Below are positions 13,507 through 22,801 of a stretch of DNA of 36,631 nt, piece by piece (the stretch's first letter is position 1; each line of letters opens with the position of its first letter). Source of the DNA: a virus; the IMG/VR virus record IMGVR_UViG_3300045988_020874, positions 1-36,631 of that record. The stretch is one strand, 5' to 3'. The position numbers and the translations under genes are program-made. The notes below the pieces were generated by a model. That model was not told where the DNA came from and ran no database searches. It worked only from the letters and a program-made list of their open reading frames with translations.

Positions 13507-13884
13507 TTATTTTCCTCCTTCCCTCCAGTAATATATTGGTGTCATTGCTCCACTGTCCCACGTATCGTAGTAATTACCATCAATTACCGCTATAACGTGC
13601 CCTGACAGTGCTAATATATAAACCCCTTCCGGGTGGTTGTTTGCAAATTCTGAGACAGTGCAGGTCATATATTCGTCTGGGATTATATAACGGCTAAATC
13701 CATTGTCTTTGAGGTATGCGCCCCACACTGCGTTAGCTGAGGGCATATCTGACAGTATCAAGCCATACAGTGCAAGCTGTATATATGTTTCTTCCCACGT
13801 CTGACCCATAGCCTTTGAGATAGCGCGCACGGTGCAATCTCCCACTTTTGCCGCCGCTGGGTTAGGATTCCAATATTGATACAT
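13507..13884 (-). CDS. Small protein with a papain-like Cys...His...Asp pattern (possible peptidase/amidase), tentative
   Basis: 125 aa with VGDCTVRAISKA near the N-terminus and SGHVIAVIDGNYYDTWDSG near the C-terminus. Confidence 0.4.
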   Translation of the reverse strand: MYQYWNPNPAAAKVGDCTVRAISKAMGQTWEETYIQLALYGLILSDMPSANAVWGAYLKDNGFSRYIIPDEYMTCTVSEFANNHPEGVYILALSGHVIAVIDGNYYDTWDSGAMTPIYYWREGGK

Positions 13885-13917
13885 CTCTCCGCCCTCCTTA
13901 TAGTTTTATTATCGCAA

Positions 13918-13958
13918 ATAAATAAGCGTACCGCCACGAAGGTAGTACGCTTATTTAT
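13918..13958 (-). terminator. Strong stem-loop / terminator between the lysis region and cargo module
   Basis: A 14-bp stem (taaaataagcgtac / gtacgcttatttta-type; core aaataagcgtac 13920-13931 pairs with gtacgcttattt 13946-13957). U-rich 3' side on the minus strand. Confidence 0.6.
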
Positions 13959-13986
13959 CGCATGATTTTTAGTTATCTTTGGTTTC

Positions 13987-14238
13987 TCATAGACTGTTTA
14001 TGTACGGGATCGTGCCGGGAACTAATAAAATTTTTTCCACAGCACAACTCCACAGCCCTTGTAATCCTCTTGTGCTTATATCCATTTTCTCGGCGGCTTG
14101 CTCCTGCGTTAATCCATCAAAAAGCAAGTACTGTACAGTTTCGCGCTCCCGTAAAGTTAAGCGGGCGCACGACAAGGCGTAATCAATAAATTGTTTATCG
14201 CCTAATTTCCAGAGTTTTTTAATCAAACTTCTGTTCAC
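13987..14238 (-). CDS. Small sigma-70 region-4-like HTH protein
   Basis: 83 aa. LTLRERETVQYLLFDGLTQEQAAEKMDISTRGLQGLWSCAVEKI matches the region-4 / LuxR-like HTH pattern. Confidence 0.55.
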   Translation of the reverse strand: MNRSLIKKLWKLGDKQFIDYALSCARLTLRERETVQYLLFDGLTQEQAAEKMDISTRGLQGLWSCAVEKILLVPGTIPYINSL

Positions 14239-14271
14239 TGTATCACCTCAACACGCAAAAATTACGTAAAT

Positions 14272-14619
14272 TTATTTCGTTTTGTCCAGTCCTAAAATCG
14301 CTCTAACCTTGTCTGGGAGCAAATCAGGGTTAATTTTACCGATGTTCTCCACAATAGAGCCAAGCTCCATCAAAATAATGTATACACAAACTCCTGCGGC
14401 AATAGGCACCCGAAAGCCCAAGTCTACATATTTCTGAGCGTAGTCGATAAGATACGCAAGCACCACGAGCATAATGGAGCCAAGTTTGTGATACAATCCT
14501 CTACGCATCTCTGACGATTTCCAGATATGATTAGCACAAGCGGAAATATTTCCACTGATCGAATCAAACGCAATAAATAAACAAGTTAATAAGGGTAACA
14601 TAATATCTACCATCTCCAT
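14272..14619 (-). CDS. Holin (phage_holin_4_1 / TcdE-like family)
   Basis: 115 aa with multiple TM segments and the family-typical ELGSIVENIGKINP motif. Lies directly after the tail-fibre gene. Confidence 0.8.
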   Translation of the reverse strand: MEMVDIMLPLLTCLFIAFDSISGNISACANHIWKSSEMRRGLYHKLGSIMLVVLAYLIDYAQKYVDLGFRVPIAAGVCVYIILMELGSIVENIGKINPDLLPDKVRAILGLDKTK

Positions 14620-14672
14620 TCCTCCTTAAAAATTATTTTTCTTTTGTTTTTATAAATTAATTAAAGCCCTCT

Positions 14673-17144
14673 TTAGTTAATTTTTAGTTCTAGCGCAGGT
14701 TCGACATTTTCACTTCCTTTTGCAATCCACACTGTTAATGTTTCTTTGCTTCTATCAATAGCTATGAACGTGGATTTATAGCCTGTTGATTCAGCGCCGT
14801 CCCAGTCGCATACATAACTTGTCAGTCCATCTTCGATATAATACAGCTCTTCGTGCGAATGTCCGTGCAATAAGCATAATAAATCGTTTTCGCATCGGCT
14901 GAAATCATATTGATGAGCAATTCCGTCTGTGTCTGTATAAGTACCTTTACGCTTGTTTTTCCTGTCTTTCAAAACGTTAAATAACGCACCAAAAATTGGC
15001 TCTTCATAAGACTCCATTTTCCACGTTTGCTTTGTTCCATCCCTGTGTATATTGTTATCAGTCAATGCTTGGTGATTTAAAAAAATAATATCATACCCAT
15101 CATTTTTGGATAATTCTTTTACGAACCATGTAGCAACGACTGTTGGAACGCTTACCATCGGTACACCTGAATTAGGTGCATAGTAAGGGTCAAAAATAAT
15201 ATATTTCACGTTATGCAAATTATCCTTCACTGTATAACAACATCTTTTTGATTTTACAATATATCTTGCTTTTTCAGAAGTAAAAATCCTACGTAAAAAA
15301 TATTCTGTTGTGCTTGTGCCATCCCATTTATCGTGATTACCACACACACCAATATAGTTTCTTATGTATCTAATATTATTATATATTGTATCAAATTTTA
15401 AGTCATCCCAATGTTCGGTGACATCATCACCTAGGTTTATATTAGCTATTTTCATTCCATCTGTATCAATGTTATTAACATATCTTTGCGGATGTTGAGG
15501 TGACCATCTATGACTATCAGTACACACAAATATCGGGATGATGTCAGGATTTTCTTTGTATGCATTTAACAGCTTTTTATACGCTTCATCAATGATTGTT
15601 TCTCTATTGCTTTCCCATCCTTTTTTTCTAGGTAAATATGGTTCATTACGCTTGAAATCTCTATAAGAAATTGAGCTATCAAAAATAACGCTTGCTTTTT
15701 CTAAAAAGTCTGTATGACATGATATTCTCAAATATTTAGCGTTAGTTGGTTTTTCAAATTCAGTAATACCCTTCTTATATTCTATACTTTGTATAAAATT
15801 TTTATTTTCGTCATATAATGCATTGCTATCAGAATCTTCTTGACATTCAATTACAAAGTTTTTACAATCTGTTAATTCAATGAAATCAGATGATGAATAA
15901 GTATCACTATTTATTTCATTTCCATCTACATTATTTATATATGTGTATGAAACTTTATTAAATAACGCTTTTCCTTTATCAGCTTTTTTTAGCTTTTCAT
16001 TATTGCTATTTATTACCTGCATCGGAAAGACAAGAAACCGGACCTTTTTCATGATTTCTCGTTCGTTAGATACTACCAAACTTCTATATCCATCTGGAAT
16101 ATCAATATAATTCAAACCATTTTTTAACTCAACATTTTTAAAATTGGCATAGTTGGCAAAATACATAGCGTTATATTTTGAATCAGTTGGACTATAAATA
16201 ATAATTTTATCGCCTCCTAACACCGGTATATCTGCCAAATCCCAACCGTCATAGCCTATTATAGTACCTTCGGCATTGACATATAAGTTATTTGTGATTT
16301 TAGGATTAACCAGATACGCTTTTTGTGTTATTACTAAATCTTCCTTTAGATTACCAATTTGCTTCCTAACCGCTTCTCCAGCTGTACCATACACAACTCC
16401 ATCCGCTCCCGTGCGAATATCTTTCGTCTCCGCTGTATAACCGGTATAATCTGGAATCTTGGATTTATCTTCCCAATCAATCGCATATATAAGCACATCT
16501 CCTAAGGCCAGACTTACCGCTGCCGCGTCAATCGGTGCGATACGGAATTCTACTGTATCATTTGCATTTAACCAAAGTGGCAATGCTACAACCTTGAATA
16601 GTGCAAAATCACCGGCGGTATTATATGTTGATGCCAATGCTGCATTACGAGTACCGTTTATAAATGGAGCTAACTCGACTCGTTTATATGCAACAAGAGA
16701 GTTTACATTGATTCTTAATTCAAATAAGTACAGCCCACTTTTGTTTACTGCAATCTGATAATTTGATTTTTTTGTATACAAAGAAGATAATGGGCCTCCT
16801 TGATCTGTTGTAAAAGCCGGGACGTTCGTATAGTTTCCGGAAGTTGTCGTACACTTGACTGCAGTGTTACCGTAACTATGCAAGACTAACTTGCTCTGTT
16901 GGTATTCTCCAGGAGTGCCAGGTAGCTCATTGATGAGCACATCTATCCTTTTTCTTTCAATGTCTACCTCTGCTTTTCTCTCCTTTTTCTCAGTCACTAA
17001 TCCATCGACTACTGCCGCAACCGAATCTGGATGCCCCGTTGCATCCTTGTAGCATTGCTCAATGCCGTCATGTATAGCTTGACGCATGTCTCGCCCCTTC
17101 TGGGCGTTTTTTATTGTCGCAAGGACATCTGATATAAAAGCCAT
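14673..17144 (-). CDS. Tail fibre / receptor-binding protein with a C1q/TNF-like domain and a C-terminal calcineurin-like metallophosphoesterase domain
   Basis: 823 aa. The N-terminus has a phage-fibre-type helix. A jelly-roll-like segment follows (SGLYLFELRINVNS...LWLNANDTVEFRI). The C-terminal part carries all five Metallophos motifs in order: CTDSH, GDD, GNHD, NH, GHSH. Confidence 0.75.
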   Translation of the reverse strand: MAFISDVLATIKNAQKGRDMRQAIHDGIEQCYKDATGHPDSVAAVVDGLVTEKKERKAEVDIERKRIDVLINELPGTPGEYQQSKLVLHSYGNTAVKCTTTSGNYTNVPAFTTDQGGPLSSLYTKKSNYQIAVNKSGLYLFELRINVNSLVAYKRVELAPFINGTRNAALASTYNTAGDFALFKVVALPLWLNANDTVEFRIAPIDAAAVSLALGDVLIYAIDWEDKSKIPDYTGYTAETKDIRTGADGVVYGTAGEAVRKQIGNLKEDLVITQKAYLVNPKITNNLYVNAEGTIIGYDGWDLADIPVLGGDKIIIYSPTDSKYNAMYFANYANFKNVELKNGLNYIDIPDGYRSLVVSNEREIMKKVRFLVFPMQVINSNNEKLKKADKGKALFNKVSYTYINNVDGNEINSDTYSSSDFIELTDCKNFVIECQEDSDSNALYDENKNFIQSIEYKKGITEFEKPTNAKYLRISCHTDFLEKASVIFDSSISYRDFKRNEPYLPRKKGWESNRETIIDEAYKKLLNAYKENPDIIPIFVCTDSHRWSPQHPQRYVNNIDTDGMKIANINLGDDVTEHWDDLKFDTIYNNIRYIRNYIGVCGNHDKWDGTSTTEYFLRRIFTSEKARYIVKSKRCCYTVKDNLHNVKYIIFDPYYAPNSGVPMVSVPTVVATWFVKELSKNDGYDIIFLNHQALTDNNIHRDGTKQTWKMESYEEPIFGALFNVLKDRKNKRKGTYTDTDGIAHQYDFSRCENDLLCLLHGHSHEELYYIEDGLTSYVCDWDGAESTGYKSTFIAIDRSKETLTVWIAKGSENVEPALELKIN

Positions 17145-17145
17145 T

Positions 17146-18513
17146 TTATTCCTTTCTGCTCCATGCGTAAAAAATCAAATTTCCATTAGTTGTTACTGTA
17201 TCAAAAAGTTCCCATGTACCGCCTAAATTTTCTGCCGGGTTTATATTATTTGTCGCGCAATAAACAGAACCGACTGGGTACACTTTTTGTACCGCATCTC
17301 TCACAGCGTTTTCGGCTACTCTCTGCGCTTCTTGTGCCGTTTCCTGTGCCGTGCTTGCTGTTTCTTGCGCTTTGTTTGCTATTGCCTGTGCGTTCTCTGC
17401 TGTTCCCGCCGCTCCGCTTGCCGCCTGTTGTGCATTAGCCAATAACTGTTTGATACTTTTGTCTACTCCGCCGTTGCCTGTTAGGGTGTTGCCTGTGTAT
17501 CCAAATGTATACTCTGTTTGAGATGGGTTTAAAAAATTATAAACAATCTTATTACAGTTAAAATACTCATTGATACCATGCGGAGCAGAAACAACTTTGA
17601 CTTTGTCACCTAGTTTAATATCGTCTGTGTTTGCGTTTAACAGATGTAAATTTGCGGCAGTGACCGTAAGGGAAAGTGAGTTTAAATATCCATTCTCTAC
17701 ATCCTTTTTGGCCGCCGCAAGTAACTTGCTCGCAATATATATATCGTCATACTGCTTTGTTTTTACAATACGTCCAAACAGGCTAATACCATCTTGCGAT
17801 TCCACGTAGTCTTTTCCGTCGTTTGCCTTTTTTATTGTCAATCCCTCGGCACCAACCGGAATAAGCACGGTATAAACATCGTTAGCCGTGATACTTTCTG
17901 TTAAATCTAACAGATTGCTGCCAAATTCGATGATTTGCTGTGAGGTTCGCTCAAATTCTTTAAGGTAGTCGAGGTACCGGGTGTCACCGGATAGTCGCGG
18001 CACGATGTATCCGGCTGTATTCTCATTACCTGTTAATTTGTCAGTCATTTCTGTGTACGTCGTTGCGTAATTTTCATTCGAGCGAACTATTGTGTCGTTG
18101 CTATCCGTAACCGTCACACGCCCGACTGCAAATTGCTTGCTCTTTTCTACTTGCTCATTGTGATTATTTATATACTGCGTAAACAGTTCTTTTACTCCAC
18201 CTTTAAAATTATAAGGGCGTTGGATGCTATCTTGTAGAAATCCTAATTCTCCCTCGCAATACAGTTCCTTTTCGAGTAAAAAATTGCTTTCTTGGTGCAA
18301 AATTCTGCCCCGGAAAATTTCTTCGCCATCTTGATATGCATATATAAAATCTGTTAGCCTCTTTAATCGTGAATAAGCAGGATTAAGGACAGGGACAGTT
18401 ATCTCCAGCACAGCCGATTTGTTTGCCTCAAGGGTTAATTTCGCGCTTTCAAGAGCGTAACCATTTTGCAGAGGGTCATATAGTATGCCTGAATCCGCTT
18501 TTATTGTATACAC
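17146..18513 (-). CDS. Tail-associated protein (Tal / phage minor structural protein, Prophage_tail-like N-terminus)
   Basis: 455 aa with a GTG start. The N-terminal domain pattern is typical of siphovirus Tal. Also has an A/Q/E-rich coiled coil and a C-terminal YPVGSVY...GGTW motif. Confidence 0.7.
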   Translation of the reverse strand: MYTIKADSGILYDPLQNGYALESAKLTLEANKSAVLEITVPVLNPAYSRLKRLTDFIYAYQDGEEIFRGRILHQESNFLLEKELYCEGELGFLQDSIQRPYNFKGGVKELFTQYINNHNEQVEKSKQFAVGRVTVTDSNDTIVRSNENYATTYTEMTDKLTGNENTAGYIVPRLSGDTRYLDYLKEFERTSQQIIEFGSNLLDLTESITANDVYTVLIPVGAEGLTIKKANDGKDYVESQDGISLFGRIVKTKQYDDIYIASKLLAAAKKDVENGYLNSLSLTVTAANLHLLNANTDDIKLGDKVKVVSAPHGINEYFNCNKIVYNFLNPSQTEYTFGYTGNTLTGNGGVDKSIKQLLANAQQAASGAAGTAENAQAIANKAQETASTAQETAQEAQRVAENAVRDAVQKVYPVGSVYCATNNINPAENLGGTWELFDTVTTNGNLIFYAWSRKE

Positions 18514-19220
18514 TATAAACGGCCTCCTTTGTAATCTACTGACACAGTACCTTTTCCTGAGAAAACAATAGTTGTGTCTCGCGTGATTGTTAAGCCTGAT
18601 ATTTTACTATGTCCCTCTGGCAAACTGTAAGTGTTGCCATATATTTCTACTGTTACGCTGCCTACTACAATAAACTCAGGGGATTCGGGCATATCTGCTG
18701 CAATAATTTCAAGCTCATATGTTCCGTCAATTTCCAAATCTTTGTACTCTCTTGCTACATCCGTATCAAAATCAAACGGATCCCACAGCCAGTCTTCTAA
18801 ACTAGATTTTAATTCGTATTTAAACGGTTCGCAGGTAGCTTTAATTGTAATAGTTGATGCAAGCTTGTCGGCTTCCCATGATTCCATTTCGCAGCGCCCC
18901 ATATAATAATAGCTTGAGTCTTCATCCATGACGATTTTCAACCGTTTGCCGTGTACATCACTAGCAATTTCACTATATTTCTGAGACCAGTTTTCGCGCT
19001 TGCCTATATACAAGAATTTCCATGTTATCTCGCGATTTCGGTAGGTCGGGAACCCAGTCAAGACCTCCGTAAAATCCAGTGTGACGTTAGAGTAAGGAAT
19101 TTCCACGAAATTTGTGTTGACTTCGGGCAACCCAATTTCGGGGCGAATAGAAGGATAGACACCCCAGTCTCGCGTGGAATGTTTATCCCCGAACTGTGTA
19201 CCATATATCATCCTACTCAC
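18513..19220 (-). CDS. Distal tail protein (Dit, Sipho_tail family)
   Basis: 235 aa, positioned between the TMP and Tal genes. The N-terminal FG...ST.DWG pattern fits the family. Confidence 0.75.
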   Translation of the reverse strand: MSRMIYGTQFGDKHSTRDWGVYPSIRPEIGLPEVNTNFVEIPYSNVTLDFTEVLTGFPTYRNREITWKFLYIGKRENWSQKYSEIASDVHGKRLKIVMDEDSSYYYMGRCEMESWEADKLASTITIKATCEPFKYELKSSLEDWLWDPFDFDTDVAREYKDLEIDGTYELEIIAADMPESPEFIVVGSVTVEIYGNTYSLPEGHSKISGLTITRDTTIVFSGKGTVSVDYKGGRL

Positions 19221-22200
19221 CTCCTACTGTTATTGGTCTGAATCTGCCCTAATTGTCTGTCAATATAGGGAGCCATCATTTTTGCCATACCGCGCGGGTC
19301 ATATCCTTCCGCGCCAAAGTTGGGAAAATATTGCCGCATAAGCTCCAAAATAGCTGTCAAAAGCTCTGACACGTTATCATTTACCTGCCCTGTCGCAGTC
19401 CTTTGCGCGTTGTAGCCTGTGCTCCAATCGCCTGCCAGCAATGCATTGTTACTTAGCGTAGATAATGTGCTATAGACGCTATCTGCGTTGTTTTCGATGC
19501 CCCGTGCGATTCCAAGAGGGATAAATTTTCCAACTTGGTTTGCAAAGACACGGGACGGACTCTTGATTTGTAGAGACTTTTTGGACGTAGAGACAACAGA
19601 GTTCATAATGCTCTTAACGGCATTATTTAATTCACTGTATTGTGATTTGATGCCCTTACTCATGCCTTTTACAATATTTTCCCCGATTTTTTTCGCGTTA
19701 GCTCTGGTCTTAGAGCCTAGCTTTTTGAGATTTTTATTGTAAGCGTCCTCAAGCTTCTGCACTTGGTCGCCTGCGTTTTTAATCAACGCCTTTATCTGCG
19801 CCTCTGTGGACGCTTTCAAAACGTCGTTTTCACTGACTGCCTCTTTTAATGCAATACTTGATTTTTTATTATACAGCTTCACAAACTCGGAAAATTCCTT
19901 GTCCGTCATGTTTGCAATAGCTTCTAAAAATCCTGTATCCGTTACATCATAGCTGGTTAAATCGTCGTAGATTGCCCGGTTGCTCTTGCCTAGCCGTTTC
20001 TTAATTTTATCAAGTGTATTACTGTAGTCTGTTAATCCGTCAATGTGGGTTTGCAGATTGTCAAGAATCGTGTCGACATCCATGTCGGCGGTACTTTTGT
20101 TTAGCGAAAAAGCTGACGTGAGTTTGGTTGCGCTAAATAACGCATCCTTTCGACTCGTTACTGCATCATCGTAGGTTTTTACAACCGCCTGAATGTCTGA
20201 AATAAGCTGTTTTTGTACGTTGCTTATATCTGACTTAAAAGTTGTGTTAAGTTTTTTCACATCTTTATTGTACGTTTTCTTTGCAGATATAAATTTACTT
20301 AACGCCGAACGATATGCCGCCGTGCCCTTCTTTGCGTGCTTTAAAATCGTTTTCCAGTACATCGCTTCTTGTTTTTCGCTGATTTTGTTACTATTTTTTA
20401 ATTTAGTAACCTTTGTTGATGCCGCATTGACGAGTGCCTGTGAAAATTGTTTTCCTGATTTCTTTTTCCGCGTCTTGCTCACAGATTTATAAACAGCGTT
20501 GGCTAATTTAGTTCCTGCGCTAGTAGCCTTTTTAGTATTTTTCGTAATGCCAAGCGCCATACCTGCGACAATTTGTTTTCCTACCTCGTCTCTAAACTTG
20601 CGAGACGGGGAATGAATGCCAAGCGCACTTTTAGCCGCCGCTAACGCTCTTTGTGCCGCTCTTTTAGCCGCTGAAACCACTGCTCCTACTCCGCCGGAAA
20701 TACCATTAGCAATTCCTGATACAACGTTCTTTCCGACTGCGCTCCACCCGGCTTTAAATGCCCCCTTGATGCCGCTGACAGCCTTTCTGGCAAATCCTAA
20801 CAATTTGCTTGGCAGACTGGAGATTGCTTGCGCTATTGCTGACACAATGTTTTTAGCCACGCCACGCAAAGCACCTACTCCGGCAGAAAATGCCGATTTA
20901 AGCCCCTGTACACCTTTACTGCCTAGTGACTTAAGCGTAGACGGGAGGCTTTGCAAGGCTCCTTTGATGCCTGTCGCAATACTCTTAGCCGCCCCTTTTG
21001 CGGCTCCTATCATTTTTTTAATGCCATTTGCAAGACCTTTTGTGACCTTGCCACCTAGTGACACCCAGTTAAACGCTGTAACAACCGCTACAATCGCCTG
21101 TATGATTTGTGGAATACTGGAAATCAGGGAAGGTATTGCCTGTATAATACCTAAGCCAAGGGTTACAATGATTTTTAATCCCGTTGCAATTAATTTCGGT
21201 GCATTGTCGTTAATAATATTGGCTATATTAGTAACGATTTGCGGAATATACGTTATTAACGTAGGCAGACTATTGGCTATGCCCTGTGCAATGTTTAAAA
21301 TTAACTGCAACCCTGCGTCAATTAACTGCCCTGCGTTCGCCCGAAGCTGTGCGGAGAACTGTGTCAGCATCGGAAGCGCCTGCGCCAAGAAGTTTGGAAT
21401 ACCTTGCGCCATGCCACTAGCAATAGTCGTCAACAAATTTACGCCTACGGACGTAAGCACGCTTAATCCCGTAGAAATTGTCGATGCAAGGTTGTTTAAT
21501 AGCTGGCTGACCGCGCTTGTAATGCCGCCGGAATTTTGAGTAACACTCGAAATTAAACCGTTTATAAGGTCGCCGCCGATTTTTGTAAGCCCCGGCAACT
21601 GACCACTAAAATTAATCGCATCTTGCGCCAGTTTGGAAAGAGCACCACTTATTCCGCCGGATTCCATCGCCTCAGCTAATCCACTAACCTCGCTTGTTAC
21701 ACCTTTGATGGCACCACGGATAGCGCCCGAAAAAGTATTGTAAAAACCCAGTTCTAAGCCCTCTGTAGCACTAGATAGCAAGGTTATATCACCTTTTAGA
21801 TTGTCTAGCTGCGTAGCCGCCTGTTGTGCCGCGGAGCCGGAAGAATCCTGTATTCCCTTCCAGAATTTTTGTACAGTCGCATCACTTGATGCGGTCATTT
21901 TGTTAAATGCCTGTAAGCCTTGCGTTGTAAAAATCGTAGCAAGAGCGTTATTTTTTTGCTCTGCTGTCATGCCCTGCAAGGAGCCATTAAGCTCGTCTAC
22001 GAGGTCGTTAAAGTCCTTTGCATCTCCGTTGGCTTCGTAGGCAGATACTCCTAACTGGTTTAATGCTTTTGATGCATCATCAGTCGGAGTATATAAATCT
22101 GCCATTGCCCTATTTAACGCTGTAGATGCCTCGGAGCCTGTCACGTTCTGCTCTGCTAAGCGGAGTAAGGAAAGCGTGACACTGTCCGCCGCTTGGCCGT

Positions 22201-22801
22201 AGTTTTTCGCTGTGGCGGCAGAACCAGAGAAAGCCTCTCCAAGGCCTCTTACATCCGTATTGGCAAGAGTAGCGCCTTTTGCCATTAAGTCGGCGTAATA
22301 AGATGCGTTACTCATCGAGTCGCCGAAGCCTTTTACAGCTCCGGCAGTATATGATGCCGATTCTTCCAGACTCATAGCACCGGCAGAGGCAAGGTTAAGT
22401 ACTGTTCCGATACCGCTAATCTGTTCGTCGGCCGACAAACCAGCCTGGGCAAGGATATTCATTCCTTCCGCCGCTTCTGTTGCGGTGTACTTTGTTGTGC
22501 GCCCCATTTCCTCGGCCTTAGCTTTGACGTTTCCTATTTTGTCTACGGTTGTTCCCATAGTAGCTGCTACCTGAGACATCGCAGTATCAAAATTCATCCC
22601 GGAGTCTATTGACGTCTTTGTAAATGCGGCGGCGGCAGCAGAACCAGCCACCATGGCTGTTTTAGCCACTTTTCCGACTGTTTTAAATGCCCCGCCGATT
22701 TTTGATGTGGACGAGCTGGCGTTACCTTCTGCGTCTTTCAGCCCCTTCTTATATGCGGTGTCTTTGATTGCCAGAGTGACAAACAATTCCATCACATTCA
22801 A
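19217..22801 (-). CDS. Tape measure protein
   Basis: 1194 aa, A/G/S-rich helical, containing a hydrophobic G/A/I-rich central region. Its position after the frameshifted chaperone fits. The start is TTG at 22801 or ATG at 22792. Confidence 0.9.
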   Translation of the reverse strand: MNVMELFVTLAIKDTAYKKGLKDAEGNASSSTSKIGGAFKTVGKVAKTAMVAGSAAAAAFTKTSIDSGMNFDTAMSQVAATMGTTVDKIGNVKAKAEEMGRTTKYTATEAAEGMNILAQAGLSADEQISGIGTVLNLASAGAMSLEESASYTAGAVKGFGDSMSNASYYADLMAKGATLANTDVRGLGEAFSGSAATAKNYGQAADSVTLSLLRLAEQNVTGSEASTALNRAMADLYTPTDDASKALNQLGVSAYEANGDAKDFNDLVDELNGSLQGMTAEQKNNALATIFTTQGLQAFNKMTASSDATVQKFWKGIQDSSGSAAQQAATQLDNLKGDITLLSSATEGLELGFYNTFSGAIRGAIKGVTSEVSGLAEAMESGGISGALSKLAQDAINFSGQLPGLTKIGGDLINGLISSVTQNSGGITSAVSQLLNNLASTISTGLSVLTSVGVNLLTTIASGMAQGIPNFLAQALPMLTQFSAQLRANAGQLIDAGLQLILNIAQGIANSLPTLITYIPQIVTNIANIINDNAPKLIATGLKIIVTLGLGIIQAIPSLISSIPQIIQAIVAVVTAFNWVSLGGKVTKGLANGIKKMIGAAKGAAKSIATGIKGALQSLPSTLKSLGSKGVQGLKSAFSAGVGALRGVAKNIVSAIAQAISSLPSKLLGFARKAVSGIKGAFKAGWSAVGKNVVSGIANGISGGVGAVVSAAKRAAQRALAAAKSALGIHSPSRKFRDEVGKQIVAGMALGITKNTKKATSAGTKLANAVYKSVSKTRKKKSGKQFSQALVNAASTKVTKLKNSNKISEKQEAMYWKTILKHAKKGTAAYRSALSKFISAKKTYNKDVKKLNTTFKSDISNVQKQLISDIQAVVKTYDDAVTSRKDALFSATKLTSAFSLNKSTADMDVDTILDNLQTHIDGLTDYSNTLDKIKKRLGKSNRAIYDDLTSYDVTDTGFLEAIANMTDKEFSEFVKLYNKKSSIALKEAVSENDVLKASTEAQIKALIKNAGDQVQKLEDAYNKNLKKLGSKTRANAKKIGENIVKGMSKGIKSQYSELNNAVKSIMNSVVSTSKKSLQIKSPSRVFANQVGKFIPLGIARGIENNADSVYSTLSTLSNNALLAGDWSTGYNAQRTATGQVNDNVSELLTAILELMRQYFPNFGAEGYDPRGMAKMMAPYIDRQLGQIQTNNSRR

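Noticed and set aside
14673-17144. A diversity-generating retroelement or other targeted hypervariation system acting on the tail fibre.
   Set aside because: There is no reverse transcriptase ORF and no template/variable repeat pair anywhere in the window.
20616-21539. A 307-aa plus-strand ORF, and many other plus-strand ORFs inside 10776-36631 and 320-5409.
   Set aside because: They are antisense shadows of long minus-strand genes (here the tape measure gene). They have low-complexity A/P/L-rich translations, no RBS, and they overlap well-supported genes.
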